Below are positions 27,042 to 37,585 of a stretch of 64,000 nucleotides of DNA, piece after piece. The position numbers were made by a program, and so were the translations under genes. Under the pieces are notes generated by a model. It was not told where the DNA came from. It worked only from the letters and a program-made list of their open reading frames with translations, and did no database searches. Each line of letters starts with the position of its first letter. Position 1 is the stretch's first letter. The DNA comes from Candidatus Thorarchaeota archaeon (GTDB taxonomy: Archaea > Asgardarchaeota > Thorarchaeia > Thorarchaeales > Thorarchaeaceae), in contig CAVSBO010000005.1 of NCBI GenBank assembly GCA_963726195.1, forward strand, positions 96,001 to 160,000. Direction: 5' to 3'.

Positions 27042-29409
27042 TCATTGCTGTCCTCCAGTGCCCAAGTACAGAGCCGCTCAGCTCGTTATCACCCATGTAG
27101 GTTGGGGTCTGATCGGTATCCATTCTCTGTCTGTTATCCCAGACGCTTCGTGCAATCAAGTCCGTCGTGCGAGCTTTGTTATCGACGCTCTGAGCGGCCT
27201 CGGCGTCTCCGATGTTCTGGAACATCTGGGCCGCGACGGTGTAGCTGCCAACAGCTTCTCTTAGTGCGTCGCTAGCCTGTGAGAAGTACTGCTTGGCTTT
27301 GGACGTGTCCCCTTTCTTAGAGAAGACCTCTGCAAGAAAATCGTTTTTGGCCCCAAGAAGCCTGGACAGGTCGCCCCTGAACTTCACGACGACGCCCTGC
27401 AGCTGTTTCACCTGTGAATCCACGTTGTTCTTGCGCCGGATCTCTTCGCCCTTAACACTGTTCAGTTCATTCGTCGCCGCTTCAAACGCCGCGACAGTCT
27501 GTCTGATTCTCTTGATTGTATCGTCGTGAAGCGTCACCGTACTGTCAGAAGCATCGTCTTCTTGAAATTGCGCCATTTCATCCTCGAATTCCTTGAGGGC
27601 ATTCGCCCGTGAGAGTTGTGCCTTGAATGCCCATTGCTCTGACTGCTTGGCAAATATCTGGGCCTCCGACGCGTACGCGGTCGAAAGAGCTAGTTTGCCC
27701 AGGTCTGTCAATTCATCAGCTTCCGGCGTTTCACCTATGACCTTGTAATAGGAGGCCGCGTCAGACGCATGGAGGTTCTCTAGAATCCTCGAGAGAATGA
27801 ACTGAACTCCATGCTGTTTCTGCGAACTCACTTGAAACTGGATGACGTACTTGAGATGACTCAGCATCGCCAAGGTTCTGTTCCTAAGGTTACCCACCTC
27901 TTCGTCATCAGATTCCAGACTAAGGAGTATTCCTAGACTGCTCAAACCCTCTCTGACAGAGTCGAGAGCCCCCGATGGGTCCGAAGCTGGCTTTGACCCC
28001 GCTTCATCAAGTGACTTGCCCACAATCTCAATGAGTGCTGTCTTCCTGAGGTCTTTGGCAAAGTCAATCTGGCCCTTTATGGAACCGATGTCACCTGTTT
28101 GCTTGGTCAACATGTCTTCAATGAATGAGAATATCTTGAGGTTCTCCTTAATAGCTGCAACCAACTCTCGCGCCTTAGCAAGCTTCTCTGCTTTCTTGAG
28201 GTCCTTGAAGATTTCCGCAAGCACGGTCATGGCTTCTTCCCTTGTTGTTAACCTCAAGGAGCTCGGAAAGGGTTGGGACCGAAGCTTCTGCTCTACAGAA
28301 CAAGGATAGAGCTTTCTTCTGCTCCTTATCATTTGCAGACTGTTCCGCGTTGCTCTGAAGAGCAAGCACCTCTTGGAAGCACTTCTCTGCGCGGCCAAAT
28401 GCATCCGATGACTCTTGGTAAAGCTTGGAAGCATCCTCGAGATTGCCCGACCTCATCTGCGCGTCAGCAATGTCGTTGTAGGTCATGGCCATATAGACCT
28501 CACTTAGGCCCGCCGTATTCTGTTTCCATGCCTTTATCATCGACAAGCGTTGCTTGTCCGCTGTCTTGCTCTTTTCGAACAACGGTAGAGCTTCATTGTA
28601 CAGGTCCGTCGCCTGTTCGAATATGAAGGAGCTAAGCATGTCGCGTGGAATCAGTTCATCAAATGGATTGAACGCCTGTCTGAATGTGCTCTCGGTGCCT
28701 ATGAGTTCGTTGAGGAACTCGTCATAGAACTCCGCTTCTGCGGTCTTACTCCTGCTTTGAATGTCTGCTGAATCTGCCTCTTGAGCTTTGGATGACCCCG
28801 TGATCAGGCTCAAGGCCATGTGACCCAGCGCCACTCTTCTTAGCTTCTGTGCGCCGTCAGTCTTTGATGGAATGGCTGAGAATGGTTTCTCCAATAGGCT
28901 GTACACTGCGGCTAGGTGTCGTGAAGCTTCTTTTTTCTTGTCCTCATGTTCGCGTTCAACGAATGGGCCGCTTGCAGCGGCGGCTTGATGTAACCAAGCC
29001 AAGACCCTTGCCATCCACATCTCAGACATGTTCTGCTGAATTTCTTCTTCAAGATCTTTCAGGCCCTTGGAAAGCTGCTCCTGACTCCTGGCTCCGAGCT
29101 TTCAATCTTGCTTCTTAGATATGCAACGTCAAACTCCTGACTCATGGCAGCCTCAATGAATTGGGCGGCTTCATCATAGAGCTGTGTGAAGGCATCATGC
29201 ATTGCCACGCGTTTCTTTTCGAGCCCTTCAGTGTCATCGATGTCGTGGAGGGCGAACTCGCGTACTGCATCTTGAGCCATTATGTTGAGCTCGAAGAGTC
29301 TGCTGGTATAGACTGTCACTTCCTCTTCTTCCGACTCGACAGGTGTAGTGTTTACTACCTCTACAGGTTTGGACTGCTTGCGTTTCGAGGCACGTGGTTC
29401 ATTGCCCAA
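27042..29409 (-). CDS. Large alpha-helical (TPR/solenoid-like) protein, ~788 aa after correcting three frameshifts
   Basis: ORFs 29059-29409, 28175-29029 and 26944-28434 join by single-base changes at ~29100 and ~28240; a third at ~27079 gives a stop at 27042, removing the overlap with atpI. Confidence 0.7.
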
Positions 29410-29535
29410 TCAGACTAACCCCAGCAGTAGATTCTCTTCTGAATGAGTCTTCCGCCCCTATACTTAAGAATACCTTGGGGGAACAATCTGTTTTTCAGCA
29501 CTCACGCCGACAGGAATAATCGAGCAGAGAAGTTC

Positions 29536-29916
29536 TCAGTCCGGTGTCGATCTGAATCTGATTCTGCGGCCATCTCTAAGCTTGACAACATGCCCGTCTT
29601 CTGCGAGCCTATTCAGGACTTCACTAGTTCTTGAGCGCGACTTACCCCACTTCGTTGCGAGTTCTGCAGCTGTTAGACCAGTTCTCTCGTGCCGCAGGTA
29701 TCCAACGAGCCTTTGCCAGCCGATATCGTAGTCAATGCAACTCTGCTGGCCTGCAAAGACACTGTATTGTGCAACTTGCGGTGGCGAGGCCGCTTGAGAG
29801 TCGGGTTGGCCGATTCTGGCGTTCAATTGACTGACAGTCTCTCTGAGTTTTGACACAGTCTTCTTGAGTTCTTTGATTTCATCTTTGAGCTGGCCTACTT
29901 CGGATTCTTCTGACAT
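29536..29916 (-). CDS. Coiled-coil plus winged-helix DNA-binding protein
   Basis: LKDEIKELKKTVSKLRETVSQL heptads; LTAAELATKWGKSRSRTSEVLNRLAEDG HTH; GGAGG SD upstream. Confidence 0.8.
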   Translation of the reverse strand: MSEESEVGQLKDEIKELKKTVSKLRETVSQLNARIGQPDSQAASPPQVAQYSVFAGQQSCIDYDIGWQRLVGYLRHERTGLTAAELATKWGKSRSRTSEVLNRLAEDGHVVKLRDGRRIRFRSTPD

Positions 29917-29929
29917 AGGTCTCCCCCTC

Positions 29930-30298
29930 CTACTCTTTGCCATAATCGAAGCGGAACTCGGCGTAATTCCTATGCTTTCCTTTTTTCTCGAATCGGACCT
30001 TGGGCTCCTGACAATCGAACTTGAGTTCTGTAGGTGGTTTGTAGTTCTCGAAGTCATCAGTCGCACGATCGTCAACCTGGACGTGTTCGGCTTCTTCTTC
30101 AGAGACGGGTTCCTCATCTTGACATGGGAGAGCATTCGAGATTGTTCTCCCGTCGGCTATCTCATGAAGTAGGCTTGTCGCCTTGATAGTTTCCGAAGGG
30201 TCGGTCACGTCGTACTCTGAATCCTTGCACATGATAATGTTCTCTAAGATGTCTTTTGATGTCTTGGAACAAGGAGCCTTTTTGTGCTGGTATGTCAT
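29930..30298 (-). CDS. Acidic hypothetical protein
   Basis: ORF between trmI and the wHTH gene on the same strand. Confidence 0.55.
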   Translation of the reverse strand: MTYQHKKAPCSKTSKDILENIIMCKDSEYDVTDPSETIKATSLLHEIADGRTISNALPCQDEEPVSEEEAEHVQVDDRATDDFENYKPPTELKFDCQEPKVRFEKKGKHRNYAEFRFDYGKE

Positions 30299-30356
30299 TA
30301 TGGAGCCCCGTCGACAACAATCGACAGTCAACACATTGACCCGACTGGATATAAGG

Positions 30357-31142
30357 TTATTCAACTGCCTCTGCGAGTGACCTTGCGAACGTAAGATAAC
30401 AAGTGTGAGCAATCATCCAAGTGGTTGGCCGAGTCTTGTTCTCACGGACCATTATTTCTCGCTGGAGTACCTCTAGGGTCTTTATCATGCCCCATTTCCC
30501 ACTGTCCGAAAGGGCTTTGCAAGTCTTCATCACTTGTTCGATGGTCGGACTGCAGCTGACCATGAAATGGCTTGGCTTCAGTGCTTTGTGGGCTACGTCA
30601 ACGACCTCCCATGGAGTAGCGAGGTCCAACACGACAGCGTCCAACTCTGTTTCATCGATGCCCTCGAGAACGTCCTTTCGATACATTGTGATTCTATCCA
30701 TCGAGGCGCAGCGTTCCAAGTTCTTCTTCGCAGCCGCATACATATCTTCGCGAATCTCATACGTGTAGACATGACCGCCTGAGCCCACTGCGTTTGCCAG
30801 AACATAGGTCAGCGCTCCCGAACCCGTTCCTGACTCAGCTACGCGACTCCCTGCTCCGATTCCGGTTTCAGCTAGGATTGTACCCGCATCTTTCGGATAA
30901 ATGATTTGAGAGTTCCTGCCAAGCGAGATTTGTGTATCTGCAAGACTGGGCATATGTATCTGGAAGATCACGCCGGAGTGACTTGCAACCTTGATGCCGT
31001 AAGGACGACCGATGATGTCATCAAACTTGATGATGCCCTTGTTGGAATGGAAACTATCTCCAGCCTTAACCTTCCTTATCCAGTTCCTCTTTGCATCGAG
31101 AAATATATAAACACTGCTGCCGTCCTGGATTAGCTCTTGCAT
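30357..31142 (-). CDS. trmI: tRNA (adenine-N1)-methyltransferase
   Basis: QIIYPKD, ESGTGSGALT, VLDLATPW, MIAHTCYL. Confidence 0.93.
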   Translation of the reverse strand: MQELIQDGSSVYIFLDAKRNWIRKVKAGDSFHSNKGIIKFDDIIGRPYGIKVASHSGVIFQIHMPSLADTQISLGRNSQIIYPKDAGTILAETGIGAGSRVAESGTGSGALTYVLANAVGSGGHVYTYEIREDMYAAAKKNLERCASMDRITMYRKDVLEGIDETELDAVVLDLATPWEVVDVAHKALKPSHFMVSCSPTIEQVMKTCKALSDSGKWGMIKTLEVLQREIMVRENKTRPTTWMIAHTCYLTFARSLAEAVE

Positions 31143-31283
31143 GCGCCGTCGGTGATTATCTGAGGTTTTGAGTGTTACCCATTGACCCCTAATCGCGAAT
31201 CTCATGCGCGAATCATGACCGATGGGCGCTATCGTGCAAACGTTTATTCGAAGTCAATCTCGATTAGTTTCACGGGGACAGCC

Positions 31284-33491
31284 TTGGACGAGCATGACTC
31301 GCGTGACCCTGACCCGCGCCCAGAGGTCGAGTCATCCGCTAACAAAGATGTTGTCGACAAGCCCTTAGCCATGATTCCAGAGTCAGTTCTGGAGTATCAT
31401 CCGAGCGTAGGGATTACAGGAAATCTGCATGTCGACGTGGACAAGGGCGTCATTCTCGGAAGGTCGGAGTCCTTTCACAAGAAATACCGGTCCACGGGCA
31501 TTGGATTCATAGGTGCGGTCACAGAGGCGTCCAATGATCCCTCCACATCTCTCCTGGGAATGCCAGTGAATCTCGATCTAGTGAGCCCTCATGTCATGCT
31601 CGTTGCAGGTAAGAGGGGCTCCGGCAAGAGCTACACTCTCGGGCTTATCGCGGAGGAACTGACTCGTGCCATGTCACGAAGAGAGATAGAGGTCGCAGTC
31701 GTTATAATCGACATAGTCGACGTCTTTCGACTGATGGTTGAGCCCAATAGCGAGCAAGCAGGCTCTCTTGGGAAGTGGGGACTCACCGCTGAAGGCTTTC
31801 CCGCTGCAGTCTACATTCCAAGACGCGCATATACGCACATTCCGGATGAGGTGAAAAAGAAGTCTCACCTTTACCCGTTAGCGATAAGCCCGTCTGAGCT
31901 ATCGGTGTCTGACTGGGGATATGTCGTCGAAAGGCATGGCGTTCTCAGCACCGCAATGGAGAACCTCATTGGTGACATGATTGATGGCTTGAGACGTGGT
32001 TATGCTCTGGGAAAAGGAGGAGAACAGCCTCCGAATGCAGACTTCAGCATTCAGGACATGATACGGTGTATCGAATCAAGTTCATCCATCGCCGACCTGT
32101 ACAAGCCCTCGACTAGGACCGCCCTAATCCAGAGGTTGCGGCGAGCACAGAACCTCGGCATATTCCATCCGGGCGGAACCAGTGCTCAGGATCTTGCTGT
32201 CGCAGGACAGATTACCATTATTGACATGGCACCTTTGGGATCAGACGCAGAAACAGTGTTAGCAATACTAACAAACATGCTGAGCAGGCAGATACTAACT
32301 TACCGAATGGCTTGGACTGACGACGGAACGAGCGCAAGAGAAGAACTCCCTCCGACGTGGTTGATTGTTGATGAAGCTCAGACTCTGGTTCCCAGATCTG
32401 GAACGACTCCGGCAAAGGACGCAATAGTGAGCTATGCAAAGCTTGGAAGAAGATTCGGTTGCAGTCTGGTTCTATGTACTCAGCAGCCATCGGCCGTGTC
32501 CGATGAAGCGATATCGCAAGCCGACATTGTGATTTCACACTCTCTGTCGCATGACGCTGACATAAGGGCACTTCAGCAGAGAGCTCCAGCGGCAATGCCT
32601 GAGGTCTTCAAGGACAAGGCATTCATCAGCGGCCTTCCGAGAGGCGTTGCTCTAGTATTCGATCAATCCACCGAGAACAGGCGGGGATTCATAATGCAGG
32701 CGCGCCCGCGGATGTCACAACATGGCGGTACGGATAAGCTCTCTGCTTTGCTTGAGGCAACTAGGCTTCTTCCTCCTGAGGTACCCGAGGCAGAAGCAGG
32801 GGCGACCGTCACTTCACAAGGGCCGACTGGCGCCGAAGATACTCTCCTCTGGAGTCTTCCGGATGTACCCAGGCCTCCATTGAAGCTGAGCCAGAAGGAC
32901 TGGGATGTTTTGGATGATTGGATTAAGACCTACGTCGAGGGTTTCTTCGAGCGACAGAACAGGGAGTATGCCATTACAGAGGAGTCTGCTCCGAGAACAG
33001 AAGAGGCTCGTCCTGAGGTTCCAGTGTCACACCCGGCAGCCTATGGAGAAGGGACGCCGGCTCGGACTTCCGCGAAGTTCGTCGGGGTCATAGATGGGAA
33101 GAGAATTTCAGCGAGGGTTTTCGGTGACCTGCCGCGCTCGCTTCTTGAGAAAGCTATGCTACGCAAGGTGCTTTATTCCAAGTCGTCACAGTCCTACCTA
33201 TTCACTAGCTCATCCCTCCCCAGAGAATCCGTTGTGGTGCAACGCAACGATCCCACAGGCAACACCACGTTGCAGTCCGTCATGTCCTCGTTGTCGTCAG
33301 TGGGCATGACCTCGGAGTCAATTGTCACCGAAGACGGATTCACATTTGTGTTGATGAAGAAAGACTCCGTAAGGGCTTCCTTGTCAGTCGCGTTGAGTGG
33401 AAACACAACATGCGTGCCAATTGTCCTGGTCGGTTCCGATAAGAAGCAATTAGACTCTCTTGCTGGAAAACTGCGAGAGACAGCTCGTTAG
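31284..33491 (+). CDS. HerA/DUF87-family P-loop ATPase with C-terminal extension
   Basis: GKRGSGKSYT, LIVDEAQ, GRRFGCSLVLCTQQPS; start uncertain. Confidence 0.85.
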   Translation: MDEHDSRDPDPRPEVESSANKDVVDKPLAMIPESVLEYHPSVGITGNLHVDVDKGVILGRSESFHKKYRSTGIGFIGAVTEASNDPSTSLLGMPVNLDLVSPHVMLVAGKRGSGKSYTLGLIAEELTRAMSRREIEVAVVIIDIVDVFRLMVEPNSEQAGSLGKWGLTAEGFPAAVYIPRRAYTHIPDEVKKKSHLYPLAISPSELSVSDWGYVVERHGVLSTAMENLIGDMIDGLRRGYALGKGGEQPPNADFSIQDMIRCIESSSSIADLYKPSTRTALIQRLRRAQNLGIFHPGGTSAQDLAVAGQITIIDMAPLGSDAETVLAILTNMLSRQILTYRMAWTDDGTSAREELPPTWLIVDEAQTLVPRSGTTPAKDAIVSYAKLGRRFGCSLVLCTQQPSAVSDEAISQADIVISHSLSHDADIRALQQRAPAAMPEVFKDKAFISGLPRGVALVFDQSTENRRGFIMQARPRMSQHGGTDKLSALLEATRLLPPEVPEAEAGATVTSQGPTGAEDTLLWSLPDVPRPPLKLSQKDWDVLDDWIKTYVEGFFERQNREYAITEESAPRTEEARPEVPVSHPAAYGEGTPARTSAKFVGVIDGKRISARVFGDLPRSLLEKAMLRKVLYSKSSQSYLFTSSSLPRESVVVQRNDPTGNTTLQSVMSSLSSVGMTSESIVTEDGFTFVLMKKDSVRASLSVALSGNTTCVPIVLVGSDKKQLDSLAGKLRETAR

Positions 33492-33594
33492 GCGCGTGGG
33501 GGAGTACTCCAATCCGGGCATGTCGCGTGCCGAGATGACTTCTCTTAATGTAAGCTCTTATATGTAGGAATCAACATCTAAGTGCGCGACCCGT

Positions 33595-33954
33595 ATGGTA
33601 ACCCAAAAGGACATCCGACCGCCGGTTAACCTGAAGATTGCATCCATGAAGGACCTAGCCAGAATGTTGGTTTCTTGGTCGGGGCGGGACAGGCCCGCGA
33701 GCATGCTCTATTTTGAGTATCGCGGCAAACACATCTATGGTACCTTGATTTCCAATCATGGATACTTTGAAATGTATGGGCTTCCTCTGTGGGTGTACAC
33801 TGAGGGCGATGGGCCGCCGCGCGGAAACTTCATGACTTACAAGACTCGTGATAAAGAGACTATCGATTTTACTGAGTCTGTGGATTCTGATCCGATGACT
33901 GTCCATCTTCCAATAATAAGGCTGACAGAAAAGCCAATTATGATTGAGCTCTAG
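33595..33954 (+). CDS. Hypothetical protein
   Basis: 119 aa with TATA-like CTTATA about 35 bp upstream; no function recognised. Confidence 0.7.
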   Translation: MVTQKDIRPPVNLKIASMKDLARMLVSWSGRDRPASMLYFEYRGKHIYGTLISNHGYFEMYGLPLWVYTEGDGPPRGNFMTYKTRDKETIDFTESVDSDPMTVHLPIIRLTEKPIMIEL

Positions 33955-34166
33955 ATGCCAGAGAAGCTATTGGCCTGTGTGAAGTGAGCTGTCACAATTG
34001 GGCCGCAGTTCCGTAACGGAACAAAATGAATGTCCGCTTGCGAAACCATCCATTGCAAGAGTCTCCACTTGAGGCTATGTGGCGAAGCAGGAACCTGATG
34101 TAGTTACGTTGTCGACCTCCAAGTCTCGGACTCTGTTCATTTTGGCTTGATGGCACCTATTACGCT

Positions 34167-35210
34167 TCAATAGATCTCCCTAGGTGATGCTCGAAGCAGG
34201 CTCACCAGAATTACACCCGCGAAAATCAAGAAAGCCAGCCATATGACAAGGGTCACTATTAGCAAATCCGTCTTGAAGAATATCTCAACCAAGAGAAACA
34301 TCCCGACGATGACCACATTCGAGGTGCCTCCGAATGTGCTGCTGTCAGCGGTCTTGAGTCGCCATCGCACGAGGACCATTAGGACAACTATGAGCAGTGA
34401 TATCCAATTGATGTACTCAGTGAACAGCCAAGACATGTTCTGGAATGGAACAGTGCCGAAAGGAGTGGGAATGGGAGGAAGATAGAATACTACGAATGTC
34501 AGAAACAGGAATGTCTCGAGAGTCCTAATCCATCCTGCAGGAGTTGTTGTGTATACCTCTCCGTAAAGTCCCTTGTCGTACTGGCCCGCAGCAAAGTAAA
34601 CAAAATAGACGGGGGCACCAAAACTCAAAGCATTCACGAGGCACTGCGCGATTCCGTAAACGATACTGAACCAGTAAGTGCTCCAAGCTGCTAGTATCGC
34701 CTGCCAAACCTGAAGGTAGGCTGCGGTGAACTGAATCATCACAATGAATGGCAATATGCAGAGTGCAATTCCCACAAGGGCCCCCAGTGCGGCCGCGGGC
34801 TTTCCTCCGCCCATCTTGCCGACCCCGACTGTGTAGAAGACATGACCTGCCACAAATAACCCTCCCACAAATGCCATGGGCGCCGTGATCAAGGGCAGAA
34901 TGAAGAAAACCAGGACAAATGCAGCGTTGGTGCCATAGAAGATCCTCCACCTTAGTGGCACAGTCGTTGTGGTTTCTCGCATGAGACGGACTGCGTTTGC
35001 TAGGCGATAGCGTTCGTAGTACATCATTCCAACCCACGCTGCCGAAAAGACCGTTGGCGCTGCGACATGATGGAATAACCAGTTTAGCAGAGGGTCCTCG
35101 AACGGCGCCATCTCAAAGGGCAATACGAACATCAGTAGAAAGAAATAGACTGGTCCTAGTATGGCGAGCACAACAACAACGATTCGCGTCATTAGCCAGT
35201 CAGGACTCAT
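34167..35210 (-). CDS. Polytopic membrane protein of unknown function
   Basis: About 9-10 hydrophobic segments; start MSPDW inferred. Confidence 0.75.
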   Translation of the reverse strand: MSPDWLMTRIVVVVLAILGPVYFFLLMFVLPFEMAPFEDPLLNWLFHHVAAPTVFSAAWVGMMYYERYRLANAVRLMRETTTTVPLRWRIFYGTNAAFVLVFFILPLITAPMAFVGGLFVAGHVFYTVGVGKMGGGKPAAALGALVGIALCILPFIVMIQFTAAYLQVWQAILAAWSTYWFSIVYGIAQCLVNALSFGAPVYFVYFAAGQYDKGLYGEVYTTTPAGWIRTLETFLFLTFVVFYLPPIPTPFGTVPFQNMSWLFTEYINWISLLIVVLMVLVRWRLKTADSSTFGGTSNVVIVGMFLLVEIFFKTDLLIVTLVIWLAFLIFAGVILVSLLRASPREIY

Positions 35211-35302
35211 CAAATCTGTCTCCAAGCGATATTTCCGAATTGGATATATGCGAGCGTCAACATGGACGAAATAAGAGTTATCGGATATTGAAGGTGCTGA
35301 TT

Positions 35303-36106
35303 GTGCAGGTCCTGAAACGCAAGCTGGCGGCTGCCGCATATCTGAGGAAGAGTCGACTGATAGTCGGGCTCGATTTTACAGCGAACATGGCACAAGCACC
35401 GGGCAAAGACCCGCGGCTGGAAAGGGATCGGCTCGAAAAGGACGCCTTGAGAGTGATTACCAGTACAGCTGACTATGCAGTCGCATTCAAGTTCAATTAT
35501 CAATTGGTTTTGCCCTTGGGTTTGTTTGACAGGGTCCCAAGTCTCATTGACAAGATTCACGGTTACGGTCTCACTGCAATTATGGACTGCAAGATGAACG
35601 ATATTGGGAACACAAATGAGCATGCGGCTCGGTACTACTATGACGCAGGCTTCGATGCTATCATTGTGAACCCAATGGTCGGCTGGGAGGGTGGTTTGGA
35701 CTCGGTGTTCAAGATAGCTCAAGCTCAGGACCGTGGCATAATCACGCTGTGCTACATGTCTCATCCTGCCGCTGACGAGGGGTATGGTCTCAACGTTGCA
35801 GTCGACAAGAAGATGAAGGTCCACGAGCCCTTGTACGTCATATTTGCTCGTCGCGCACAATCGTGGAAATCGGACGGGGTAATTGTGGGAGCCACATATC
35901 CCGAGAAGATAACTGAGGTTAAGGGAATTCTCGGCGATGAGATACCAATTATCGCTCCGGGTGTCGGAGCTCAAGGTGGAAGTGCAGCAGAGGCCATAAG
36001 CGCTGGCGCATCCTACGTGATTGCTGTGAGGTCAATAATAGAATCAGCAGATCCAGGGGCCGCAGCGAAAGCTCTAGCCGCAGAGACGCAGAGAGCTTCT
36101 TCTTGA
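35303..36106 (+). CDS. pyrF: Orotidine 5'-phosphate decarboxylase
   Basis: IVGLD, MDCKMNDIGNT, VGATYP, APGVGAQGG; GTG start after AGGTG. Confidence 0.93.
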   Translation: MQVLKRKLAAAAYLRKSRLIVGLDFTANMAQAPGKDPRLERDRLEKDALRVITSTADYAVAFKFNYQLVLPLGLFDRVPSLIDKIHGYGLTAIMDCKMNDIGNTNEHAARYYYDAGFDAIIVNPMVGWEGGLDSVFKIAQAQDRGIITLCYMSHPAADEGYGLNVAVDKKMKVHEPLYVIFARRAQSWKSDGVIVGATYPEKITEVKGILGDEIPIIAPGVGAQGGSAAEAISAGASYVIAVRSIIESADPGAAAKALAAETQRASS

Positions 36107-36243
36107 GGACCATTAAGGGCCCACAGTCAGAGTCTTGGCCCAACAGACATAGTACGGTTGTGTACACCATGGTCAGATATGCAGCACTTCCACGATTCGA
36201 TAGCAGGAAACAGTTAAAGGACAAGGCCCGTATGTCTAGCGTG

Positions 36244-36265
36244 GCATGTACAGTATTGTACATGC
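36244..36265. promoter_or_regulatory. Perfect inverted repeat, candidate operator
   Basis: GCATGTACA-GTAT-TGTACATGC between a TTAAA box (~36214) and the aminotransferase start. Confidence 0.5.
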
Positions 36266-36316
36266 GTAACAGAAAGGGGTGATGCCCAGCCATCATTCTT
36301 TTTGGAGAGTAAGTTC

Positions 36317-37585
36317 ATGCCGAACAATGAGGGCTACGCCTTTGCGACTTGGACAAGCTTCATTGAAGAGTCGCAGATTCGAGCACTTCTCAAGTACAAA
36401 GTGAAGTACTACTTTGCTGGCGGAAAACCGGGAATCGTGCCTACCGGCGTCTTTGCAAAGATAATGGCCGACTTGAGCGAGCGGTACAAGAAAGATCCTG
36501 TAATGGCATTGGATGATTTGAACTACGGACCAACCGGGGGTCAGCCGTATTTTCTCAAGACACTGGCAGAGCGGCTTCACAGAGTTAGGGGTCTCTCGAT
36601 TGATAGCGAAACTCAGTGGGAACGAGTCTGCATTACGAATGGATCCCAGCAGGCTATCTATGCTTTGCTTGACACACTCATTGACCCTGGCGATGTGATA
36701 ATCACTCCATCCCCCGCATATCTCGGATTTCTTGTGCCCGCAGTGAAGCTCGGAGCGCGGGTCGTAACGGTGCCAACTGATTTGGACGGAATAATCCCGG
36801 AGTACGTCGAGAAGGCTATTGGCGTTTCGCAAGAGAAGTTCGGCAAGAAACCCGATATCGTCTACGTAGTACCCGAATCGGACAACCCGAAGGGGACCAC
36901 GTTGCCCTGGAAGAGACGGCAAGACTTGTTTGATATTTCTGAAAACCACAAGATGCTGATAATCGAAGATGCGGCGTATGCTGAGATACAATTCAAGAAA
37001 ATTCCAAAGCCGATCAAGTCGCTCGACAAGGAGAATCAACGCGTGGCATATCTCGGAACTACGAGTAAGGAAGCTGCAGTCTTGCGAGTAGGCTATTCTA
37101 TGCTTCCAGATAGTGTAAGAGAGCAGGTCCTCAAAGATAAGGGATACCTCGACCTCTGCACCTCAAGCTTCGTTCAGCGGATTCTCGATGAGTACTACCG
37201 CAAGTATATCGATGAAGCTATGCGAGTGGCTGTTCCAAAGTACAAGGAAAGATGTACAGCGATGGCGAAAGCAATCGACTCTGACTTCCCAGCCGGAGAA
37301 AGAACGGACCCCACTGGCGGGTTCTTCATCTGGTGGCAAAGTGACAAGAAAAGCTTTGACAGCAGCGAGTTCATGGAGAGGGTCGCGATTCCCAACGACG
37401 TCATGTATGTTCCAGGAGCTCCGTTCTACCCCATCTCAGGGTTCACACTGACGAATGACGGAACTGACCTAGTGGCAAGTGTCCCTGAGGCGAATACCAT
37501 GCGTTTGGGTTTTTCATTCGAGGAACCAAAGCTAATAGCAGAGGGCATAGAGCGGCTCGGAAAGCTTCTGTCCAAGGAGCTATGA
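36317..37585 (+). CDS. PLP-dependent aminotransferase class I/II (2-aminoadipate/aromatic type)
   Basis: YGPTGG, ITNGSQQA, DNPKG, IEDAAY, GTTSK..LRVG, MRLGFS. Confidence 0.88.
   Translation: MPNNEGYAFATWTSFIEESQIRALLKYKVKYYFAGGKPGIVPTGVFAKIMADLSERYKKDPVMALDDLNYGPTGGQPYFLKTLAERLHRVRGLSIDSETQWERVCITNGSQQAIYALLDTLIDPGDVIITPSPAYLGFLVPAVKLGARVVTVPTDLDGIIPEYVEKAIGVSQEKFGKKPDIVYVVPESDNPKGTTLPWKRRQDLFDISENHKMLIIEDAAYAEIQFKKIPKPIKSLDKENQRVAYLGTTSKEAAVLRVGYSMLPDSVREQVLKDKGYLDLCTSSFVQRILDEYYRKYIDEAMRVAVPKYKERCTAMAKAIDSDFPAGERTDPTGGFFIWWQSDKKSFDSSEFMERVAIPNDVMYVPGAPFYPISGFTLTNDGTDLVASVPEANTMRLGFSFEEPKLIAEGIERLGKLLSKEL

Noticed and set aside
35210-37039. Long antisense ORFs (35210-35974, 36293-37039; likewise 2348-3211)
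   Set aside because: Shadows of well-supported genes on the opposite strand, with no recognisable motifs
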